Shown here one piece after another: positions 52,277 through 64,000 of a stretch of DNA of 64,000 nt (within the stretch, counting starts at the first letter, position 1; the number at the start of each line of letters is the position of its first letter). Source of the stretch: Octopus vulgaris. Its lineage: Eukaryota. The notes beneath the pieces are model-generated. The model did no database searches and was not told the DNA's origin. It worked only from the letters and a program-made list of their open reading frames with translations. Where the stretch lies: positions 23,312,001-23,376,000 of the forward strand of contig OX597842.1 of the NCBI GenBank assembly GCA_951406725.2. The letters run 5' to 3'. Made by a program: the position numbers and the translations under genes.

Positions 52277-52318
52277 TCCAGAGACTAGTTTCTGAGTTTT
52301 ACTCTTCATCAGTCTGGA
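52277..52318 (-). ncRNA. Candidate minimal type I hammerhead ribozyme
   Basis: UCCAGA CUGAUGA aGAGUaaaACUCa GAAA CUAG UC UCUGGA: 6-bp stem I, both core boxes, palindromic stem III, GUC cleavage triplet. Confidence 0.7.
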
Positions 52319-53431
52319 GTAGCATGGCTTGCTGGCTGGTTGAAGATGCCTGTCTAGACCTTGCAAACATATAGAATTTCAGTGAAGTAAATTCACTGAT
52401 CAGAAAAAAAAAAAATAGAAATATTAAATTTCTAAATATCTAAATATATAGGTGCAGGAGTGGGTGTGTGGTAAGTAGCTTGCTTACCAACCATATGGTT
52501 CCGGGTTCAGTCCCACTGCGTGGCATCTTGGGCAAGTGTCTTCTACTATAGCCTCAAGCTGACCAAAGCCTTGTGAGTGGATTTGGTAGATGGACACTGA
52601 AAAGAAGCCCGTCGTATATATGTATATATACATGTGTGTTTGTCCCCCTAGCATTGCTTGACAACCAATGCTGGTGTGTTTATGTCCTCTGTAACTTAGC
52701 AGTTTGGCAAAAGAGACCGATAGAATAAGTACTAGGCTTACAAAGAATAAGTCCTGGGGTCGATTTGCTCGACTAAAGGCAGTGCTCCAGCATGACCACA
52801 GCCAAATAACTGAAACAAGTAAAAGAGTAAAGAGTATCTCAGATAGATATAAGCAGTGGTGGGACGATAGAGCAGTTGTATAATGTCTCAAAATATCTGT
52901 CTCTGAGATATTTAGAAATTTAATATTTCTATTTTTTTTGTAATTATGACTATGTTTTCTGCTAAAAGATGTTTTTTTATCTCTTCACGTTTGACATTGT
53001 CAACTTCAATTTCATCGATGACTTCAAATTCATGAATATGAACCTGAATGTTATGTATATATGTAAATATATCAACTCAACAAGGACTTCGATTTCTTTA
53101 AGAGGATTGTGCTGGATTTTTGAGGAATTTATTATGAGAGAATAAAGAAATGGGAATAATGAATAAAAAATTAAATTGACATTGATTTTGTCAGTGTTGT
53201 GTTTTCATCATCATCCTTTAGCGGAAATTTTTTTATATGCATGGCGGGGGCAGTGTGACATGAGCTGGCAAACCATAATGCTGCACTAGGTTTCCAATCT
53301 GATTTGTTTGGGTTTCTTTGGGTGTATTCTCCTAATGCTAACCAGTTTACAGTTCATGCCATGTGCTGTACATATATATGTATGTGTCTGTGTGTGTGTG
53401 TATGCAAATACATACATACATACATATATAT

Positions 53432-53630
53432 ATATAATATTAATTAGAGACAAAACCACTATTTTGCAAAACAAACAAGGAAAGACTTAATCAATACATA
53501 AAATTTTATTTTTTTAACTTTTTATTTTTTACTTTTTATTTTTTACTTTTTATTAAAATTTTATGTATTGATTAAGTCTTTCCTTGTTTGTTTTGCAAAA
53601 TAGTGGTTTTGTCTCTAATTAATATTATAT
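53432..53630. repeat. AT-rich fold-back repeat; similar hairpins at 54275-54547 and 63480-63820
   Basis: ~75-bp perfect inverted arms. Confidence 0.85.
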
Positions 53631-53767
53631 AATATTTTACTATAAAATTGGATTTAATCCTAAATCTGATTTTTTCCCTGTAAATTTGGATTTATTCCCT
53701 AATATTTATTATTATATATATATATATATATATATACTCAAAAATAAGCAACAAGAATGAATCCGGT

Positions 53768-53859
53768 AATTTAGTACAATTGTTTCATACTACAACATTT
53801 TATTAAAAGCTGTAAATATTAAAGCAGTTATAAGATGTCAAGTAATCTTCAGCTAATTT
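53768..53859 (-). ncRNA. Candidate hammerhead ribozyme, long stem II variant
   Basis: UUAG CUGAAGA [~59-nt imperfect hairpin] GAAA CAAUUG UA CUAA; GUA triplet. Confidence 0.5.
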
Positions 53860-56658
53860 TATATTATATTATTGGAAAACCTATATGAAATTAGCTGAAG
53901 ATTACTCGGCATCTTAAAACTGCTGTAATATTGGAAACCTAGTGCAGCATTATGGTTTGCCAGCTCATGTCACACTGCCCCTGCCATGCATATAAAGAAA
54001 TTATAATCACCGCGCATATTTTTATGGGTCACACCATAAAAAATTCTGGTGCATCTAAGTTAAGTGCCATATTCACTTGAATCTAAATTGTTGCTGAACT
54101 TAGATATGATTTTTGATTTTTTTGATTTTGATTTTTTCCAGTTTCAGCTTATGAGCTGTGGCCATGCTGGGGCACCGCCATATATATATATATATATATA
54201 TAGGGTGGGGAATACTCGTTATAAATATCACCACCAGTGGCCTAGAATGTATTAAAAGTCAATAGACAACATATTCGTATTTCAAAATAGAAAATTACCC
54301 TTTAACAGGTAATTTTACATGCTAGAAATAGCAGCCAACACGGCCAAAAACCACAATTTTATACTTCGAAATTTGCTATAAAATTATGGTTATACCATCG
54401 TATAACCGTTATATAACAAGGTAAAGGTTTTTATTTTTCATTTACTTCGAAATTTGCTATAAAATTGTGGTTTTATAGCCGTGTTGCCTGCTATTTCTAG
54501 CATGTAAAATTACCTGTTAAAGGAAAATTTTCTATTTTGAAATACGTATACATACATACATGCATGCATGTATGTATGTATACATATTTCAAAATACGTT
54601 ATGTCATTTTTAGCACAGTGTCAACAGACATACTTTCGAGAGATGTGGTAAAAATAGCAGCCAAATAGACCTTAAGTCAAGCAGCCCGTAATTTTTTAAA
54701 CAAAATACGGGTACTAAGCAGTGGTGTGTATAAATGCAATGTTATTACCATTTTGGATATGTCGGTGACAGGTTCAAACTCATACACATTCATTGTTTTG
54801 TTATGAAGAAAATTTCTTCTTGTAGAGAAAAAATGTAAATAGGCATAGGAGTGGCTGTGTGGTAAGTAGCTTGTTTACCAACAACATGGCTCCGGGTTCA
54901 GTCCCACTGCGTGGCACTTTGGGCAAGTGTCTTCTACTATAGCCCCGGGCCGACCAATGCCTTGTGAGTGGATTTGGTAGATGGAAACTGAAAGAAGCCC
55001 ATCGTATATATGCATATATATGTTTGTGTGTCTGTGTTTGTCCGACCAACACCGCTTGACAACCGATGCTGGTGTGTTTACATCCCCGTAACTTAGCGGT
55101 TCGGCAAAAGAGAACGATAGAATAAGTACTGGGCTTACAAAGAATAAGTCCCAGGGTCGATGTACTCGACTAAAGGCGGTGCTCCAGCATGGCCGCAGTC
55201 AAATGACTGAAACAAGTAAAAGAGAAAGAGAGTACTAAGCAGTGGTGTGTATAAATGCAATGTTATTACCATTTTGGATATGTCGGTGACAGGTTCAAAC
55301 TCCTACACATTCATTGTGTTTTGTTATGAAGAAAATTTCTTCTTGTAGAGAAAAAAATGTAAATACACCTAAATCAGATTTACACCATTTGTCTAGAGCC
55401 AGAAATTTTACACCATGGAAGTGGATCCAGGCAATGACTTACCCCAACATGTCAAATCAAGATGTAGAGATTTTATTTATTGCTTTAGTTTATTCTTATA
55501 CCTAAAGATAGGTTTTCCTGTCACGATATCCATTGGTGGCAAGCTGGTAGAATCGTTAGCATACCGGGCAAAATGCTTAGCGGTATTTCATCTGTCTTTA
55601 CATTCCGGGTTCAAATTCTGTCGAGGTTGACTTTGCCTTTCAGCCTTTTAGGATCGATAAATTAAGCACCAGTTATGCACTGGGGTTGATATAATCGACT
55701 TAATCTGTTTGTCTTCTCTATGTTTAGCTCCTTGTGGGTAGTAAAGAAATATGATAGAATCAAGATATAGTGGAGCAAGAATGTGAAACTTTGTAAGACC
55801 AGAGGGTTCTTTGAATAGTTTACAAATGGAAGTGGTCAAGTAATGGTCAGCATTGCCACACATAAGAGAAAGAGATAGCAGTAAAGGGCTTGAGGCTTTT
55901 AGGATCATAGCAAAGAATGGAAACACAATGAGTATGTAATATGGTTTAAAGGTTTATTGAAAAAGTTAAGAATTATAAGCGACAGATATTACAATGTATG
56001 TGTATTTTTGTGTCTAGTCAAGTTACCACTCCAAGAGAATGATTTACCACAGGTATCACATTGATATGGCTGTCTTTACATTCTGGGTTCAAATTCTGTC
56101 GAGGTCGACTTTGCCTTTCATCCTTTTAGGATCGATAAATTAAGTACCAGTTACACACTGGAGTCGATATAATCACCTTAATCTGTGTGTCCTCTCTGTG
56201 TTTAGCCCCTTGTGGGTAGTAAAGAAATAGATATCCATCCACTTGTTTGCCATATTTTTTTAATGCATTCACTTTCCATTTGAAAATCATGTCCTACCCA
56301 TCTGCACTGAATTCTCATCAACACGCTTTGGATGCTGGACATACCACATGTGCCTAAGATTTTGACATTTGATGTGTTATCATGCCATTTTGTTGCATAT
56401 TTTGTGCAAACATCATATGTGAAAAGTTTCAAGTTTTTTTTTTATTTCTGTGTAGAAGGGAGTCCCTGCTTCTGCCCCATACAAAAATATACTAAAAATA
56501 CAAGATTTGTATACACTTATTTTAGTTATCAGACTCATCATGTTCACACACATACATACATATATCAAATTAAATACACAACTGAATGGGCTACTACTAG
56601 TTTCATGCTATTATGATACTTGAAAAGGCATATTTATAAAATACATCATGTATCTTAA

Positions 56659-56878
56659 CCCTTTTGTGTTTAAACCGGCCATACCAGGCCAAAATTATCT
56701 TCCTGTTATATGCTCAAACCAACCAGCTCTGACCACTCACACCTACCCTACAAAGTCATTCTAAAAATAAACAGGGACATCATCAAAATCTCAGAGTTAC
56801 AAGATACTGTACAATTCATTTAAAACAATGTGATTAAACAGGCTTTACATTTGACAGAGTAATCTGAATGCTAAAGGG
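56659..56878. mobile_element. piggyBac-like MITE, second family
   Basis: TTAA|CCCTTT...AAAGGG|TTAA; interior differs from the 26084 family. Confidence 0.8.
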
Positions 56879-58185
56879 TTAAGGGCATACAGCTGAAGAA
56901 ATCAAGCCAAAACTAACAGGAACCTGGAGCAGCATTCTGGTTTGACAGCACCTATCACACTTGCCCACCCAAGCCTACATACAAAAGAATGATGATGATG
57001 ATCAAAACACAACAAAGACAAAATCAACGTCACTTTTTCTCTTGGCTTTATTGAGAAAATTCTATAGTTTGTAAGATATTTGTTGTTTTTTCTTCTTCAA
57101 TTTCTGCAATTTCAACCAATCAATGACGTCTATTGAGGTAAAAAACATTATGTGCCGTATGAATATGTCCCTCGTTTAAGAAACAGATTGGGTTTATTTA
57201 CATTTATGAAGAAAAAAAAGATACCTTTCCCCCAACCCCTAAAACAGATTGAAATGCAATAGATCGATACAAGGGTCATAATTATTGGTGACAATTTCAT
57301 AGAAAAAACTGCCGTTCAAACCGAAAGATCCCATGGTTGTACTAACGGTATCAAAAAGGGCTCATGGTTCCGGGTTCAGTCCCACTGCATGGCACCTAGG
57401 GCAAGTGTCTTCTACTGTAGTCTCGGGCCGACCAAAGCCTTGTGAGTGGATTTGGTAGACGGAAACTGAAAGAAGCCCGTCATATATATGTGCATATATA
57501 TATGTGTGTGTGTGTGTATTTGTCCCCCTAGCATTGCTTGACAACCGATGCTGGTGTGTTTATGTCCCCGTTACTTAGTGGTTTGGCAAAAAGAGACCGA
57601 TAGAATAAGTACTGGGCTTACAAAAGAATAAGTCCCGGGCTCGAGTTGCTCGATTAAAGGCGGTGCTCCAGCATGGCTGCAGTCAAATGACTGAAACAAG
57701 TAAAAGAGTATATATATACATGTATGTATATGGAAAGCACAGCATAAACTGTAAACTGGTTAGCATTAGGAGAATACATCCAAAGAAACCCCAACAAATC
57801 AGACTGGAACCTAGTGCAGCATTTTGATTTGCCAGCTCATCTCAAACTGTCTCACCCATGACAGCATATAAAGAGAAGCTATCGCTGAAGGATGATGATG
57901 ATAAAAATGACGACAATGATGAAAGTACATAGACAAAACCAATTTCAGTTTAATTCAGTTTTTATTCATTATTCCCATTTCTTTATTCTCTCATAACAAA
58001 TTCCTCCAAAATCCAGCATGACCATCTTCAGAAATCAAAGTCTTTGCTGAATTAGATGTTGACATTGATGAAATTGAAACTGATACCATGAAATTTGAAG
58101 AGATAAAAAAAATCCCTGTCTCTTTGCAGAAAAACTAGAAGTAATTTTAGGCATATTGTAATAAATTTTAATACTTACACAGTCA

Positions 58186-58305
<120 letters not shown>

Positions 58306-58639
58306 TCAAAGACATTGTTGTGTTGATATATTTCCATAAATACACGGCATTCAGGTTCGTATTCATGAATTTGAAGTTGATAACATCAAATTTGAAGAGA
58401 TAAAAAAAAAAGCGCCTTTTAGCAGAGAAAAATAGAAGTTATTGTTGTCGTGTTGTAATAAATTTCAATACTGGTACAGTTACAGTTGTGTGTGAATACT
58501 GACATGTGTACTGAAGTGGCCATTTTGAAAGAATTATTCACCACAGATATCACAGTGATGTGGTTTTTCCCCCAGTATGAATATGTTTATGATTAGTCAA
58601 GTGAGTATTATAAGAGAATGATTAACCACAGATATCTCA

Positions 58640-60557
<1,918 letters not shown>

Positions 60558-61069
60558 ATATATCACAAAGATTTTTTCTTTTCTATGAATATATTTGTGT
60601 TCAGTTCAGTTAGTATTTTCAGGGAATAATTTAATGCTATGTTTTTCAGCTGTGATCTTACTTAATATCTAAATTAGCAGGTGAAAACTGTCAGGTCCTT
60701 TGTAAAGTTATCCAAACTTGTAAAGCAATCACCTCTACATTCCAGTGGAGACAAGAAAAATATTTTGCTGTTGTTTGTCATAGATTATATCAATATAAAA
60801 AGGTCGATGTATTGATGAAGGCTCCTTATAAATATATCGTCTTCCTTTAGTTTATGAAAGTCCATAAAAATATCAAAAGTCACATCTGAACGACAAGATT
60901 TCTTTTACGTCAACAAGATGTGATATTCTGAAAGAGGAAAAGAAACAGTAAGATAAAGAGAATAGTTAAGTGACATAATAATTCAACATTGCAAATCTTA
61001 CAACATCAATACTGTGATCCATTTAATGTCAATGTTCGCAAGGGTCAGAGTTCATTGAAGTGTTGAAAG

Positions 61070-61225
61070 AATGGCATACCTACACAACTGTGCTACACTG
61101 TTGAAATGGCCGCCACGTTCACCTGAGCTGACACCTTGCCATTTCTTTCTCAGGGTAGGCCTAGTCTATGTCTCCCCTCTTCCTGCAAGCCCAGAGGAAC
61201 TTAAGCAGAGAATTATTACCATACT
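61070..61225 (+). mobile_element. Tc1/mariner transposase fragment
   Basis: WPPRSPELTPCHFFL...VY...P.S.EELKQRI. Confidence 0.75.
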
Positions 61226-61657
61226 GGTCGTGAGATGTGCGAAAAATAACAGCTAAATAGCTCATAAATCACAGTTCATTTTTTTCTTTTTCTGGTTGCA
61301 TGACCGAACGAATTCTCGTACGCAAAAATTTCTGAAAATTCCCCCAAATAAAAATATGTGACGAGGGATTATATTAGGTGCTTAAAGCAGGACTCCACAC
61401 ACACAAAAATTAAATAAATTAGAAAAATATCTTAATTCTAACTTTTAATCATGCAGAAGAACCGCCAGAAATAAAGACTTCCTATGTCTCAAATAGAAGC
61501 CGTTCCATTTCCTCTCGATACGATATTTGCTTTTCGTTTCAGTATTTCAAGTGCACACTCGTATTTTTATACATTCCCCATTTCTTACTAATTACATCGT
61601 AATTTTCCCGCATTTAACAAAATTGTCGAATTTACACGTTAGAAAGAAAGATAAATG

Positions 61658-62171
61658 GGTTAATATCTAGATCCGCACCCGGTGGGAAAAATGAGATCCG
61701 CACCCGGTGGGAAAAATGGAAACGAAAATGTGTAACAGTTGTAAGGCATCGTATATTGACGGAATAAGACGGGAAAAAAGCGCGCTGACAAACGGGGGGG
61801 GGGGCTCGGGAAATTCCCAGGATCAAACGTGGAGGCAAAAATGGAAAAAAATGTGTAACAGGTGTTTAAACGCATTTCACACACATAGCCCAATGTCATA
61901 ATTCAAAACTAACGCAGCGAAAATTTTGAAAAGTTCCCCCAGTTCTGAAAAAAATCGATAAATTCGACATGGGGTCGCGAATCAGAAACACAATGGTGAA
62001 AATTGATGGTAAATTTTTCTTTAAATCGTAGGCAATTTTCCGAGCCCCCTCCCCCCCCCCGTTTGTCAGCGCGCTTTTTTTTCGTCATATTCCTTCAATA
62101 TACGATGCCTTACAACTGTTACACATTTTCGTTTCCATTTTTCCCACCGGGTGCGGATCTAGATATTAACC
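61658..62171. mobile_element. GG-terminal MITE
   Basis: TIR GGTTAATATCTAGATCCGCACCCGGTGGGAAAA; perfect 8-bp TSD GATAAATG. Confidence 0.9.
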
Positions 62172-63824
62172 GATAAATGTTATCTAAACAAGCGATTGAT
62201 CCGACGTTTTTACAAATAATTTAGAAAATAACCAAAAGTGCAATGAAATGTCTAAAAGAAAACGACAACACAATGAAAGTATCAAAATTACAGCCTTTCG
62301 TATAATTTCGTCTTGGTGAGATTTTTTTCCTTTTAACATAGAAATGTTTAAATAAATACTTACATAGTAATAGATATGGAGAGAAAGAGTGAACGAGGAA
62401 GATGTAAGAACTGGAGTCAGAGTGGACAACGTCAGCTTCAAGAGAATTTCTAGATTTCTACAACAAACGTTAATTAATATTTTTCAGGTCCACATAATCG
62501 TAAATGCTGTATCTGTTTCTTTAGACACTTAATGAACAATCATTTGTATATATTTGATTGGATTTTCTCTTAAATATCAGTTGTCAAGTGGAACGGATCA
62601 AACAATCAAGGTGCGTGAGTCTTTAAAGAATTGCGGCTCTACTTTATAGATTTGGTATTTTGTGAAAGAGATTTCTTCAATATTCGGCTTCATCACTGTT
62701 ATGTGTTGTTTCGTTCTAATGGGATAGACAACTCAATACGAAGCATAGTTATTCTTTTACGTGTTTATTTACTTTTTCATGTTACACGAACTGGACTACA
62801 TTCAGCGCAGCGACACCGATATATCTTTAGACACAGCGTAGTAATACTTATAAAATAGTGCCAACAGCGGGGACGTATTCAACACACGCACATATATGAA
62901 TGTGTAACATCCCTTTTTCTTGAAAAAAAAAAGGGGTCTTTTGGCAGTGAAGACAAATATAGTAGTTTCCCTTACTCTAATAGATTGCCAGCGCGAGGTG
63001 GCCATCCTGCAGCAGAAACCGTGAGATTATTCTGCCTCTGCTTTGTAATCTCTTTCTCATTCTCTCTTTTACTTGTTTCAGTCATTTGACTGCGGCCATG
63101 CTGGAGCACCGCCTTTGATCGAGCAACTCAACCCCGGGACTTATTCTTTGTAAGCCCAGTACTTATTCTATCGGTCTCTTTTGCCGAACCGCTAAGTAAC
63201 GGGGACATAAATACACCAGCATCAGTTGTCAAGCAATGCTAGGAAGACAAACACACACACACACATATATATACATATATACGACAGGCTTCTTTCAGTT
63301 TCCGTCTACCAAATCCACTCACAAGGCTTTGGTCGGCCCGAGGCTATAGTAGAAGACACTTGCCCAAGGTGCCACGCAGTGGGACTGAACCCGGAACCAT
63401 GTGATTGGTAAACAAGCTACTTACCACACAGCCACTCTTGCGCCTATAATCGAGCAGAATTAGTTACTTATCTTTTCATTTTTCTTCTTTTCTTTTGAAA
63501 AAACTTTATCATGAATAAAAAGAGAAAATATTTACATTTTTTAAAATCAAAATATACCATTAGTTTCAATTGCCTAAAAAAAATTTAATAAGAAAATGAA
63601 AACCAAATTAAGTAAAATTAAATTAATCATAGCAGTTTTTGAAAGTTCATGTATATTTTTTTTTTTTGGTTTTCATTTTCTTATTAATATTTTTTTTTTT
63701 AGGCAATTGAAACTAATGGTACATTTTGATAAAAAAAAATGTAAATATTTTCTCTTTTTATTCATGATAAAGTTTTTTTTTTGAAAAAACTTTATCATGA
63801 ATAAAAAGAGAAAATATTTTTTCT

Positions 63825-63998
63825 TTAACGGTAACGAACTGGTGGCAGGATGTTCTTTCCCCATCTGGTGGATCTTGTGCTTCGCACTGGTGTCTGAGGT
63901 GTGTTGTTGGGCTGCTGATGGGTGGTTGGTGCCCACTGGGATGATGATTCTGTGGGTGTTGTCACTGATGCTGTAGGTGTTGTACACGTTGTCTGCTG
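63825..63998 (-). mobile_element. Probable Gypsy-like LTR retrotransposon pol C-terminus
   Basis: Frame not in the ORF track reads ...TPQTPVRSTRSTRWGKNILPPVRYR*, resembling the RRS.R...PP.RY tail after Gypsy integrase; abrupt GC increase. Confidence 0.55.
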
Positions 63999-64000
63999 AT

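Overview
Eukaryotic, AT-rich, repeat-dense DNA. The tandem C2H2 zinc-finger genes ([16 protein letters not shown] repeats) plus the SINE/LINE complement point to an octopus (coleoid cephalopod) C2H2-ZNF cluster; this is an inference from family knowledge. There are nine ZNF loci (orientations -,+,-,-,-,+,-,+,-), an orphan 5' half-gene and solo fingers. Where exon 1 can be found, the layout is a short non-coding exon 1, one intron, and one large exon carrying a ~430-nt leader, the finger array and a conserved 3' UTR. Two loci are clearly disrupted, and several others are cut short by 3' stops or frameshifts. The genes are interleaved with tRNA-derived SINEs, RTE/CR1/Penelope/Gypsy fragments, an ORF1-only LINE, and MITEs (piggyBac-like TTAA, Tc1/mariner TA, and GG-terminal 8-9 bp TSD types). 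Most notable: (1) two candidate minimal hammerhead ribozymes antisense to the 3' end of one ZNF gene; (2) start codons created inside a frameshifted fossil finger, behind a decayed Cys-containing N-terminal domain; (3) an in-frame UAG separating an ATG from an intact first finger, a candidate for A-to-I recoding; (4) an ~8-kb gene palindrome with a homogenised 3' UTR and swapped fingers; (5) one TTAA site hit independently in paralogs; (6) CTCF-like motifs at paralogous promoters. Coordinates were counted by hand, so repeat boundaries are approximate.
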